Positions 50,011 to 60,051 of a stretch of 61,270 nt of DNA are shown here, in pieces. The notes below the pieces were generated by a model. It did not search any database, was not told the DNA's origin, and worked only from the letters and a program-made list of their open reading frames with translations. A program made the translations under genes and the position numbers. Source of the DNA: Marine Group II euryarchaeote MED-G34 (lineage in GTDB: Archaea; Thermoplasmatota; Poseidoniia; Poseidoniales; Thalassarchaeaceae); assembly GCA_002457605.1 (NCBI GenBank), contig NTJT01000004.1, positions 1-61,270 of the forward strand, written 5' to 3'. The stretch's first letter is position 1. Each line of letters starts with the position of its first letter.

Positions 50011-53000
50011 ATGCTCGGTGATGCCATGTCCTCGGAAACCCTCGTTCAAGTGACTTGTGAAGAGGTGCCTAGAGGCAATAGCCCGGCATGGCTCACAGAG
50101 CATATTCTGAGACAGTCGTTGGGTCCAACAGGATCCGAGTCAGATCTCTCAGGAAGAGTTCTGGTCGTCTACCCTAATGATGAATCCAGAAAGCAGGCTC
50201 TTGCTGAAATGCCGATAAATCAGGCGATTGACAGCACACTCCACCATACCATCGACTCTCTAAAGTCCTCACTGGTGGCGGATTTGAGGTTGCCAAGGGT
50301 TCTGAGCACTGAGGGCGGCTTTGAACTGGTGTTGCATGAGGCCTGTCGTCGCGAGGCGGCAAGGCTAGCATTTCCGATGATTAATCCACTGCCGGAGATG
50401 AGGTGGGGCAGGGGAAAGACCGCAGCTCTGGCGGAGTTGCACTCGTACCTGACGCGAGAGTCGGCCGAGGCCGCTTGGGACGGCCCAGGGATTGTTTCCT
50501 TTGGCTTCATCATCAGGAAGCTCGAGAGGCGATTGGGAGGAACTCACCCTGATTTGGTCGCCTCTCGCATCATCGGTGGATTGAACAGAGGGGAGAAGCC
50601 GTTCTCTCTGCTCGATGTCGATGGCATAATCATGCTCGACCATCCTCCAGAGCTCCCCCGCTCGCACATTGAACTCATGCTAGCAGTTTCGAGGCACTGC
50701 CCCATCCACCAATTGGCCCACCCAGGAAACTTTAGGCTTGGACACCACGGCATGCTCCTACTGGACCAACACCCAATCAAGACCCAATCAGACCTTCCTC
50801 TATGGGTGCCGCCGCACCAGCCAGAATCAACTCCTCCCGAGTCGTCTACCGAGCGCATGCTGCTGCAGAGGGAGAAACATTCCTTCGAGGTGACGATTGA
50901 GTTGATACGAGAACGTCTTGAGTCAAACACTTCTTCCAATCTTATCATCGTGGATCCGGCGCTGGAATCTAACCTACCACAATGGAAGAGGTGCCTGAAG
51001 GCACTCGGGGTACCACTTCCTCCTTCGCGCCAACCGGCACACACTCATTCTCTGGGCCACTGGCTAATCGCTTTGGCAACCCTGCCCCACGGTCCCGATG
51101 CATTCTCCCTTGAGGCATTGAGGTCTTTCTCTCTACAAGCGACACTCAAGCCATTCGAAAGCCCCGATGCTCACCCCACGGAGAACAAGATCAGTCCGCT
51201 TGCTGATCCTGACATGTTGACGGAAATGGCTCGCAGCGAGCATGTGCTGGGTGGCCCCGGAGCTCTCGCTAGATGGCTACAGACGATAGCGAGACCGCCG
51301 ATATCGGAGCGCGACCAGTTCAGAAAAGAGTCGACGCAGTGGTGGCTTCTTTGCCTCGTTGATTCCCTGAGGCCGTTACTCACGGGGGAGGATCGCGCAG
51401 TCCTCGATGAGGCCAGCAGAGTGGGCTGCCACACAGGGCAAAAACTCCCGATGATTGAGTCTTCAGCCAGTGCCGATAACTGGCTGCTCTCCATACTCGG
51501 AATGATTGACCTAGAGTCCGCGATGGAGTCGTGTGACGGTGAGGGCCCCACTCCGTCAGCGGTGGCTCAAGCCGTAGTCAAGGACATTCAGGCGCTCAGG
51601 TTGATGCAGTCCAGTATGGGTCACAACGCACCTAAAATGGGCCCAAAATGGGTTGATGAGTTCACTCCACTCGTCCGCTCCTCAAGCATCCAAAGCGGTT
51701 CTTCACTAGCCTCTGGAAGGGTCAGGGTACTCACTCCATCTGCCGCTCTTGGCTGCACTGCCGATACCATCATTTTAGCAAATCTGTCGAGCTCCTCGTG
51801 GGATCTCAGAGCCCCGAAGATGGCCTTTCTCGGCGACGAGGAGAGACATTCACTGGACCTGCTCCGACCGGATGGCCCAATCAGAGCAGCAAGGCACCAA
51901 CTCGAACACCTTCTCGCCGCGGCTCCCGAAGTCTTAGTCCTCGATCCGAGCCTCGATGATGCGTCCCCGGCAGCCGCTCCTATTCGAGAGTGGGCAGCAG
52001 CTCACGACCCCAGTGACGACGCCGAGGTGATGCGCACTGAGCCCGAGCAACCGGTCAGCCCACGCGATCTCAAGCAGTCCGACGGAATTTCCCTCAGGAA
52101 CATGCTTCCTCTAGCCCGTGCACCTCTCAACCCCAGTGCCATATCAGTATCAATGGACTCGGAATTGCAGCGCAATCGCGAGAGACGGCAACCGAGTCAT
52201 GCCGATGACGATGGATACCTAGCCCTAACTTCTGTCCAACACCTGTTCTCTATTGACAGGACAGATCTGACCCGTCGGACTCCGCCTGGCATCGAACCTC
52301 CTCGCTCGCATGACAGGTGGCCCGTGGTTGGAGGCTTTGTCGCTGGAGGCAAGAGGACCCCTACCATCGACCCCCGGCCATTCGTCCCTCATGCAACCGG
52401 TACGAATGTCAGCGATTCGAGGCACGGTCATTCAGTAGGAGCTGAGCAGGATGTCCCTATCTGGTCGCCGAGCAGGCTACATTACTGGCTCAAGTGCCCG
52501 AGAATGGGTTGGTTGTCGAATGGACTCAGAGCAGAGGAGGACGAACTGCAGGCTGAGGACCTAGATCCACGTACCCACGGTGAGCTACTTCACAATGTCC
52601 ATCACGATCTAATCTGTCAGACTCTTGGGTTCGAAATTGGTATTGAGAGGCCTTTCGGAGAAGGCAGCTCTGTCAGCAGCGTCGCCCAATCTGGTAGGAG
52701 CGAGGACGAGCTGATGCAAATAGCACTCGAGTCTCTAGACAGCCGAGCCCCTTGGCTCGACAGGACTGACGCGGTTTCTACTCATAGGCTGATGATACTG
52801 ACTGGGATGAGCAGAGACGAGTGGAATCGATGGTTGACTAATCCCTGCCCTGTACCACCATCGGGAAGGGTTGGGACCATTGTAAGGGCCGAATCAACAG
52901 TCAGTCATGCCTCACCGGTTTGTCTAGAATGGAGCGTGGCTGATTTCGATGAGAAAGGAATCGAGATATCGATACCAAAGAATCTCTCTGGAGGCGAGCA

Positions 53001-53598
53001 GCTTCCGCCGATTCGGGTTCGAGGCTACATAGACAGGGTCGACATCCTACCGCTAGATGAGTCCACTAAAGAGTGGCTAGATCCTGATGGTGAGGAGAGC
53101 GTCGCTCCACTCAGAATCCACGGTTCGGGGTGGAGACCGCGCCGCTTAGTGGCAATTAGGGACCTCAAGACCTCTGAAAGCAAGGCCGCAAAGATACGAC
53201 ATTCCGATGGATTGCTCGATGAACTCCAATTGGCGTTGTACGCGAGGGCATGGGAGATTGCTCACCCAGGTGACTTGGTGGTCGCTGCTGGGATCTCCCT
53301 GTTCAGTCACCACACCGAGCACATGCTGGAACTATCTTCGCATTACTCTGCAGCCCACAGTAATCTCCTGCTCGGTACTCGTACGGACATCACCACATCA
53401 CTGCACAGATTTCCCGACGAGCCGCCTTCTCCGCACAGTGACCACTTCAGGGCATGGCTCACACAGCGCCTAGCAGTGGCGCTACGTGTCGCAGCCGGGG
53501 CTGCTGCGGGAAGAGTCCACCCGACTCCCTCACCAGGAGTGTGTGGCTACTGTCCGGTGAGGAATGCCTGCGAAGTCAGGATGGAGGCTGGTTTCTGA
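50011..53598 (+). CDS. AddB/AdnA-like subunit: degenerate helicase-like scaffold (no Walker A seen) plus a C-terminal RecB-family Fe-S nuclease
   Basis: The C-terminal nuclease reads YWLKCPRMGW ... GYIDRVD ... IRDLKTSES ... LQLALYARAW ... CGYCPVRNAC. The start is uncertain: TTG at 49984, or ATG at 50011 or 50026. Confidence 0.75.
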   Translation: MLGDAMSSETLVQVTCEEVPRGNSPAWLTEHILRQSLGPTGSESDLSGRVLVVYPNDESRKQALAEMPINQAIDSTLHHTIDSLKSSLVADLRLPRVLSTEGGFELVLHEACRREAARLAFPMINPLPEMRWGRGKTAALAELHSYLTRESAEAAWDGPGIVSFGFIIRKLERRLGGTHPDLVASRIIGGLNRGEKPFSLLDVDGIIMLDHPPELPRSHIELMLAVSRHCPIHQLAHPGNFRLGHHGMLLLDQHPIKTQSDLPLWVPPHQPESTPPESSTERMLLQREKHSFEVTIELIRERLESNTSSNLIIVDPALESNLPQWKRCLKALGVPLPPSRQPAHTHSLGHWLIALATLPHGPDAFSLEALRSFSLQATLKPFESPDAHPTENKISPLADPDMLTEMARSEHVLGGPGALARWLQTIARPPISERDQFRKESTQWWLLCLVDSLRPLLTGEDRAVLDEASRVGCHTGQKLPMIESSASADNWLLSILGMIDLESAMESCDGEGPTPSAVAQAVVKDIQALRLMQSSMGHNAPKMGPKWVDEFTPLVRSSSIQSGSSLASGRVRVLTPSAALGCTADTIILANLSSSSWDLRAPKMAFLGDEERHSLDLLRPDGPIRAARHQLEHLLAAAPEVLVLDPSLDDASPAAAPIREWAAAHDPSDDAEVMRTEPEQPVSPRDLKQSDGISLRNMLPLARAPLNPSAISVSMDSELQRNRERRQPSHADDDGYLALTSVQHLFSIDRTDLTRRTPPGIEPPRSHDRWPVVGGFVAGGKRTPTIDPRPFVPHATGTNVSDSRHGHSVGAEQDVPIWSPSRLHYWLKCPRMGWLSNGLRAEEDELQAEDLDPRTHGELLHNVHHDLICQTLGFEIGIERPFGEGSSVSSVAQSGRSEDELMQIALESLDSRAPWLDRTDAVSTHRLMILTGMSRDEWNRWLTNPCPVPPSGRVGTIVRAESTVSHASPVCLEWSVADFDEKGIEISIPKNLSGGEQLPPIRVRGYIDRVDILPLDESTKEWLDPDGEESVAPLRIHGSGWRPRRLVAIRDLKTSESKAAKIRHSDGLLDELQLALYARAWEIAHPGDLVVAAGISLFSHHTEHMLELSSHYSAAHSNLLLGTRTDITTSLHRFPDEPPSPHSDHFRAWLTQRLAVALRVAAGAAAGRVHPTPSPGVCGYCPVRNACEVRMEAGF

Positions 53599-56500
53599 TG
53601 CGTCTGAATACCGCCCAACGCCTCGCGCTCAATTTGGATGCACACATAGTCGTCGACGCTGGGGCAGGCACCGGCAAGACCAGTACGATTGTTGATCGCG
53701 TCATCGAGCACTATCTGACCGAGGATCAGAGAGCAACTCGACTACTCCCTAAGCCCGAGCGCCCATCCAAGTTGCAAGGGGGTATGATAGCCGCCCCAGC
53801 AGCAGAGCGTATAGATCTCAGGGAGTGGGGAGGCTTGCTTCCAGGGGAAGTAGTGCTGCTGACCTTCACCAACCGTGCAGCCGATGAGATGAGAGACAGA
53901 CTGCGACGAAGCATCGCCCGGCTGCGGCCCGGACCCATAGGGGATGACGGGACTTGGCGCAGCGATCCTAGAATCAGGCACAAGGGATTCAGCGAACAAC
54001 TCCTGACGCTGCTCGAGGACGCACCAATAGGAACCATCGATGCGTTCCTCAATCAACTGGTCTCACCGTACCGAGGTATCCTCGGAGACGCTCTAAGCCG
54101 AGACAACGTCTCGGACGCAGGCAGGATTCTGCTGGTGGAGTCTGCCTTGAACACCCTCTGGAGGTTGCCGAGTTCGGTCTCTCACATCGGAGAGGCGGTT
54201 GATGCGGGCATCCCAGCTGAAATCGCTCCAGATGTACTAGCAGCCAGAGACAGGATTGCGCGACATTACTCAGGGCGGCGCTCTGCAGCTAGGGTGCTGC
54301 GCAGCCTAGTGGGAAGTTCCGTGTTCATTGAGGAGGCAGCTCGCAGGATAATGGATGGCGACACCATCACCTCCGAGTTGCTACACCAACAGATTATGGC
54401 ATCAGTAGATGCCAACGAGGTCGCCGAACACGCGACTGAGATCCATTCTATCGCACAGCGTTTCTGTGATTTGGTAAGGGAAAATTCAGCATCCATGGCG
54501 CTCACTGGGTGGCCAGCTGATTCTAGGATGGCCTGCTTGGACTCCCTATGCAGCGAGGGGCCGCCTGAAGATGCATGGGGGCAACTGACATGGCTGAGTC
54601 ACACTCTAGTCTGCACCCTCAACTCCTCAGCCCTAATGAAGAATAACCCGACTTTCTTCCCTCATTCTCACCTCCCCTCTGATTCATGGGAGGCTGGTAT
54701 AGAGAAGTACTCGAAAATTCAAGACGCTCACTCCAAGGCACGCGTCAAGGATGAAATCAGTGACATAGTAACAGATCTCAAAGCCGCTTGGTCCTCCGAT
54801 CGCGGCAGACTGATGCTGCACTTCACGCGAGTTGCCATGCTGCTCAGTGACTCAACTCCTCCTGCTTCTCCCGCAGATTGGACTCCTCCGTTAACCCCTC
54901 TCCAGATTCCTCTACCTGAGCGAATCGATGGCTCTGCTTCCAGTCACTACTTTACTCTCGATGCCGAAGTTCGCAACCTACAGGATCTATACCTCGCTCA
55001 CCGGGGCTTCCAAGGTATCATCAGGAAACTCAAGGAGAGGGACGAGGTCCACGACTTTGACGACATCCAGAGACTAGCCGGAGATTTGCTTTTGGCTAAC
55101 TGCCCCTCAACATGCAGATCGTTCTACCACTCTTCGATGCAGGATGCTCTGGACTCGTTGACGGATAGCCCATGGCGTGATGATCACATCGATGCGGCGT
55201 TCGCAGCCCTCGAGCGTCTGGAGGCCAATCCTAGTATGGCCGGAGAGGCGGCTTCGAGCCTCGGCGCCATCCGCGCCGACCTCGAGAGCAGGTATAGCCG
55301 ACTGATGACAATCAGGAGACGCTACCGAGCCTTCATCATCGACGAGGCTCAAGACAACTCACCACTCCAGTGGAGACTACTCTCGAGATTATGGGGTGAG
55401 AGGCGCGTAGACGAAGGAGAACCGAACGCTCCCGATACTCCATGGCAGCCAACAGTTTGCTACGTGGGAGACGTTAAGCAGAGCATTTACGCATTCAGAC
55501 AAGCAGAGGTCACTGGTTTCCTCGAATTCGCGAGGCAGTTGATGGCGGTTAATGACCACGAACTGGCGGGAGTCCCAGAGTTAACACGCAAGCCAGCGCT
55601 CAGAAAAGACTCCCACAGTCGCGATCCAAGGAACGCACACTCTCTGACCATCGCAACAGCTACTGAATACATGGAACAGGGAGGGAGGGATCTAGTTGCT
55701 TGGATACCCTTCGACGCGACCGATCGCGACCTGCCCGCTCCGAGTGGGGCCGAGGTCAAGAACCGCAGGAGGGGATTGATTGCTCTGCAGGTGAACTATC
55801 GCACCAGTGGAGGACTTCTGAGGGCGATGAACGAGTGGTGGGAAGACGTCTTTTCAGACAGACACCGACTTTTTCCCAACGGTGATTTCTACGCCACCCC
55901 TCAGACGTTATTCGCATGCCCGGACAAGCGCGATACTCCAGGAGCCATTGAGTGGTTATGTCCTTTGAGCACCGGAGGAGATTCCAATCCACCCACTGAC
56001 TTGACCACGCACCTAGATCCGTTCGGTGAGGGCAAGCCAGACTCTCTCGAGCGCCAGGCCCTGCTGATAGCTCGACGCGTTGGTAGCCTCATCGACGGTT
56101 CACCAGTCAATGTTAGGTCAGCAGATGGGAAGTGGCATCAAGTGGATGCTGAAGACCCTGTTTCTCCCAGTGAAATCATGATACTGCTTCCCACTAGGCC
56201 GAATATCAGGGACGTGGTTATCAGACATCTCCATGACCACGGAATTCCAGCTCAGGCAGACCGGGAGGGAGGATTGCTGGACAGACCGGCCGCACACGCC
56301 CTTGAGGGATTGCTACAGTTTGTCGCTAGACCTAGGTCGCGCCACCACGCTTCCTGGGTAGCCCGCTCCGTTCTGATTGGTCTGGACGACGCCCAGTTGC
56401 AGGACTACATCGGAGGTGCACAACGGGGGGAAGATTTGCTGTCCCGATTAGTGGAGCATTGCTCGAGTGATTCTCAACGGGCCTTGGTAGAGAGGTGGCG

Positions 56501-58514
56501 ACAACTGTCCGAATCGGGACGTCTAATCGATCTTCTGGATGAGACCATAGACAGGTCTGATTTACTTACTGCCTACCCCGATCCCGTCTCACGTCAAGAC
56601 GTCGAGCAAATTGTTGATGTCATCAGAGCATTGGCTGCTGAGGTCGGAGGTGACGCAATGGTCCTAGCGGACAGGATACGCGATCTCAGAGAGCGTAGCG
56701 CCGGCGCCCTTGAGGCCATCACCATCCCACCCAGTGATGCTGTCAAGGTGATGACAATTCACAGCGCCAAAGGGCTTGAGGCCAAGGTAGTGGTATTGGC
56801 CGATGTCTTCTCCAACAGGCAGACCAACATGAGGAACGAGAACCTCAGCCGTCTGATAGTGAGTCCTGAACTCTTCGCAGGAAATCCCAAGCCGTGGTCT
56901 AGCGAACCCTCTCCTCACTCTGCGCTGTGGTCCCACGTTCAGGTGTTGCATCAGGCTCGCAAGGATGCTGAGGCTCGAAGGCTGCTGTATGTAGGTGCCA
57001 CACGTGCGGAGGAGAGACTGATTGTGGTGGGCTCGAATAGAGGAACTGAGTGGGCCGAGGGAGAGGGTCTACGGATGCCTTGGTCCTACGACAAGAAGAT
57101 ACCTCAATTGGGTCAAATGTGGATCGAATCATTGCGCCAAGGCTCGTTGAGGCGAGCGGAAACTGCTTCACCGTGGCTAGATGAGGGTGACGACAACGAC
57201 GCTCCAGCCATCAGAACCAGAGGCCAGCGCACCTTCGATCCCACCAGAATGTTCTCCAACGCCTCTCTAGGCGGCAACTCAACTCTCCCTGGCATGCTTG
57301 TAATCCACCACCCAGACTGCTTCGAGGATGCTGACAATTCACCTGTGCTGACGCCGCTACAACGTATCGAGAGGCTGGATGATGCCGCCAACTCCTTGGT
57401 AGAGTCTGAGGACCCTGCTCCTCCTAGACAGGACTCAGCACCTCGAATCAGAATCACTCCGAACAGACTCCCGGTGTTCCAAGAGTGTCAACGGCGACAG
57501 TGGTTCGAGACCAAGGGTGGCCTGAGTCCGGATCCGATAGTACCCAGTGAACAAGCACATTTATCGAAAGGGATGCCAGCTAACGTTGATCCTGCGACTC
57601 TCGGTACCGTTTTCCACAGGATACTGGAGATAGGAATCGGCAATCCTGGTCTCGACGGCGAGCCGGCGAGCTCCCCACTCCAAGCATCATGGACGGAACA
57701 CAGAGAGAATCTTCTGTCAGATCCAGAGACTCATTCCACGGTGTTCACAGAACTTCTTCCTCCTGACGCTGACCTTCAGCGAACCCGCCTTCTGGTTGAG
57801 AGCATGGCAGAGCGCATTGGCTCTGGACCCATGGGCAGGATGGTGCAGCGTGAATTGGTGGACGACCACAGACTCGAAGGACTCAGAACGGAGATGCCGT
57901 TCCATATCTCCATTGATGTCGATACAGGGGGCTCAGTCAGGCAACGTTGGAGCCCTGAGGGACCCGAGCTCTTGGCGAACATGGATAAGGCCACTATCGA
58001 GATGAACGGAATCATCGATCTCGTGCTGTGCACGACGACTCCAAACGGTGGTTCTGCTATCCGAGCTGTCGATCTAAAGACCGAGGATGCCGGATTAATC
58101 GATAACGACTCCTCTGAGGGTCTCCTCGAAGCCCTCGGCTCGGAGGACTCTGGACCCGCTTGTGAAGCCGAACTCGAGATACTGAACAAGCACCGCATGC
58201 AACTGGCCCTGTACTATCGTGCGTTACAGAGCATAGAGGACGCGAGAAAAGCGGCCAATCTAGGGTGCAGGACTGTCTTGCCCCCTGCCATACTGGTTGG
58301 AGTGACTGGCAGGATGGTCGAGTACCCAAAGGAGATGCTCGATCTAGCATCACAGGAGTTGGAAGAACTGCTTGTTAGGACTGCTGGCATGGCTCTGGCT
58401 TCAGACGCCCCGCTGTCAGATTTCGACAGGCTCCCGGCAGAGTCCGCCCACATATGCGAGAACTGCCCATTCCATCGCGGTGCGCTACCTATCTGTGGTC
58501 CTGCGGAGCATTAA
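53598..58514 (+). CDS. AddA/AdnB-like UvrD-family SF1A helicase fused to a C-terminal RecB-family nuclease (1638 aa)
   Basis: Helicase motifs are DAGAGTGKT, LLTFTNRAADEM, FIIDEAQDNSP, VGDVKQSIYAFRQA, VNYRTSG, MTIHSAKGLEAKVV and LLYVGATRAEERLIVVG. The nuclease reads IIDLVL ... VDLKTED ... QLALYYRAL ... CENCPFHRGALPIC. The start ATG overlaps the upstream stop (TGATG). Confidence 0.88.
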   Translation: MRLNTAQRLALNLDAHIVVDAGAGTGKTSTIVDRVIEHYLTEDQRATRLLPKPERPSKLQGGMIAAPAAERIDLREWGGLLPGEVVLLTFTNRAADEMRDRLRRSIARLRPGPIGDDGTWRSDPRIRHKGFSEQLLTLLEDAPIGTIDAFLNQLVSPYRGILGDALSRDNVSDAGRILLVESALNTLWRLPSSVSHIGEAVDAGIPAEIAPDVLAARDRIARHYSGRRSAARVLRSLVGSSVFIEEAARRIMDGDTITSELLHQQIMASVDANEVAEHATEIHSIAQRFCDLVRENSASMALTGWPADSRMACLDSLCSEGPPEDAWGQLTWLSHTLVCTLNSSALMKNNPTFFPHSHLPSDSWEAGIEKYSKIQDAHSKARVKDEISDIVTDLKAAWSSDRGRLMLHFTRVAMLLSDSTPPASPADWTPPLTPLQIPLPERIDGSASSHYFTLDAEVRNLQDLYLAHRGFQGIIRKLKERDEVHDFDDIQRLAGDLLLANCPSTCRSFYHSSMQDALDSLTDSPWRDDHIDAAFAALERLEANPSMAGEAASSLGAIRADLESRYSRLMTIRRRYRAFIIDEAQDNSPLQWRLLSRLWGERRVDEGEPNAPDTPWQPTVCYVGDVKQSIYAFRQAEVTGFLEFARQLMAVNDHELAGVPELTRKPALRKDSHSRDPRNAHSLTIATATEYMEQGGRDLVAWIPFDATDRDLPAPSGAEVKNRRRGLIALQVNYRTSGGLLRAMNEWWEDVFSDRHRLFPNGDFYATPQTLFACPDKRDTPGAIEWLCPLSTGGDSNPPTDLTTHLDPFGEGKPDSLERQALLIARRVGSLIDGSPVNVRSADGKWHQVDAEDPVSPSEIMILLPTRPNIRDVVIRHLHDHGIPAQADREGGLLDRPAAHALEGLLQFVARPRSRHHASWVARSVLIGLDDAQLQDYIGGAQRGEDLLSRLVEHCSSDSQRALVERWRQLSESGRLIDLLDETIDRSDLLTAYPDPVSRQDVEQIVDVIRALAAEVGGDAMVLADRIRDLRERSAGALEAITIPPSDAVKVMTIHSAKGLEAKVVVLADVFSNRQTNMRNENLSRLIVSPELFAGNPKPWSSEPSPHSALWSHVQVLHQARKDAEARRLLYVGATRAEERLIVVGSNRGTEWAEGEGLRMPWSYDKKIPQLGQMWIESLRQGSLRRAETASPWLDEGDDNDAPAIRTRGQRTFDPTRMFSNASLGGNSTLPGMLVIHHPDCFEDADNSPVLTPLQRIERLDDAANSLVESEDPAPPRQDSAPRIRITPNRLPVFQECQRRQWFETKGGLSPDPIVPSEQAHLSKGMPANVDPATLGTVFHRILEIGIGNPGLDGEPASSPLQASWTEHRENLLSDPETHSTVFTELLPPDADLQRTRLLVESMAERIGSGPMGRMVQRELVDDHRLEGLRTEMPFHISIDVDTGGSVRQRWSPEGPELLANMDKATIEMNGIIDLVLCTTTPNGGSAIRAVDLKTEDAGLIDNDSSEGLLEALGSEDSGPACEAELEILNKHRMQLALYYRALQSIEDARKAANLGCRTVLPPAILVGVTGRMVEYPKEMLDLASQELEELLVRTAGMALASDAPLSDFDRLPAESAHICENCPFHRGALPICGPAEH

Positions 58515-58557
58515 TGCTCAGCGAAGACTCCATGTGCTGAGGGCCTCACACAAGCCC

Positions 58558-59970
58558 ATGGAACCTGATCTTGATGCCCTCGCCCAACGTAGTGACGAGT
58601 TATGGGAAGAATCGATACTCCCCAGCCTGATGGATTTCGTGGCCATCCCCGCTCTTTCCCCTGGATTCGATCCCAATTGGGCCGAGACTGGGGATCTGGA
58701 CGCCACCGTAGAATTGTTCTGCGGCTGGCTCGACACACAGTCCATCGACGGTATGTCGTACGAGGTCCACCGTATTGGGGAGCGCAGCCCAGTTCTGTTA
58801 GTGACAATTGAGGGCACGGGTCCCGGAGAGGTCCTGTTTTACTCCCATCTCGACAAGCAACCGGCTCGCCCTGAGTTGTGGTCAGAGGGTCTGCACCCAT
58901 GGAAGGCGGTCCGACGTGAGCCTTGGCTTTTCGGCCGTGGAGCACTCGACGATGGGTACGGTGGCTACCTGTGCGTGACCTCGGTCAGGATGCTACAGGA
59001 GCAGGGCGTTGCATACCCTACCTGCCGTTTTATCATCGAAACCTGTGAAGAATCTGGCTCGTACGATCTCCCTGAGTATCTTGACGCCCTAACCGACGAC
59101 CTCGGCAGCCCCAATCTCATTGTCGTACTCGATACTGGAGGCGGTGATTACGAGCACATCTGGGTGACCGATGCTCTGCGTGGACTACTGGCTGGAACCC
59201 TCTCTGTACAGGTTTCCCACGAAGGCATACACTCAGGTCACGGAGGAGGTGTAATACCCTCATCCTTCAGGATAGCAAGGATGCTACTCAACAGGGTCGA
59301 GGACTCGGATACCGGTGAGGTGCTAATCCCTGGGATGCACGTGCCAATCACCGAGGAGGTCAGAGCACAGTCTGATTCACTAATCGAACTTCTAGGCGAC
59401 ACGGTATGGGACGATCTCCCGGTGGTCGATGGCATGCGACCCCAGACACCGGGTGCGGCAGAGATGCTCCTGAACATGAACTGGAGGCCGTGCATGTCGG
59501 TAATCGGGGCCGATGGGATGCCCCCAATACAGACGGCTGGAAATGTTCTCAGGACCAACACCGATCTCAAACTCAGTTTCAGAATCCCTCCCGGGGTTGA
59601 CTCAGAGGCCGCCATCTCTGAGGTCAAGAGGATCCTCGAGGAGGACCCGCCATACGGTGCAAAGGTCACATTCACACCAGATGCAGTCTCTGACGGCTTC
59701 CGCGCCCCCCCTCTCTCCTCAAGTGCCAGTCAAGCCCTCTCTGAGGCCGCGAACAGCATTAGTGGGCTGCCACCAATGACAATCTGGCTGGGGGGAACAA
59801 TTCCATTCCTAGCGATGATTCAGGGCAAGTACCCCGACGCCCAGTTTCTGTGCACCGGCACAGGGGGGCCAGGCAACAACGCTCACGGGCCGGATGAGAA
59901 ACTGCACATCCCAGCTTCAAAGAGGCTCACTGCGGTACTGTCTGCAACTGTAGCCGCAGTTTCTAGATGA
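58558..59970 (+). CDS. M20-family metallopeptidase (dipeptidase-like)
   Basis: LMDFVAIPALSP..DP.W ... VLFYSHLDKQP ... GRGALDDGYG ... ETCEESGS ... NAHGPDE. Start set to the ATG at 58558, after the addA-like stop. Confidence 0.85.
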   Translation: MEPDLDALAQRSDELWEESILPSLMDFVAIPALSPGFDPNWAETGDLDATVELFCGWLDTQSIDGMSYEVHRIGERSPVLLVTIEGTGPGEVLFYSHLDKQPARPELWSEGLHPWKAVRREPWLFGRGALDDGYGGYLCVTSVRMLQEQGVAYPTCRFIIETCEESGSYDLPEYLDALTDDLGSPNLIVVLDTGGGDYEHIWVTDALRGLLAGTLSVQVSHEGIHSGHGGGVIPSSFRIARMLLNRVEDSDTGEVLIPGMHVPITEEVRAQSDSLIELLGDTVWDDLPVVDGMRPQTPGAAEMLLNMNWRPCMSVIGADGMPPIQTAGNVLRTNTDLKLSFRIPPGVDSEAAISEVKRILEEDPPYGAKVTFTPDAVSDGFRAPPLSSSASQALSEAANSISGLPPMTIWLGGTIPFLAMIQGKYPDAQFLCTGTGGPGNNAHGPDEKLHIPASKRLTAVLSATVAAVSR

Positions 59971-60051
59971 GCCGGATAACCCCGTGATGGGATGAGATTG
60001 ATTCCGCCGAGGTTAAAGCGGATGCACCGGTCGAGCACCCTGAGGACTCGT

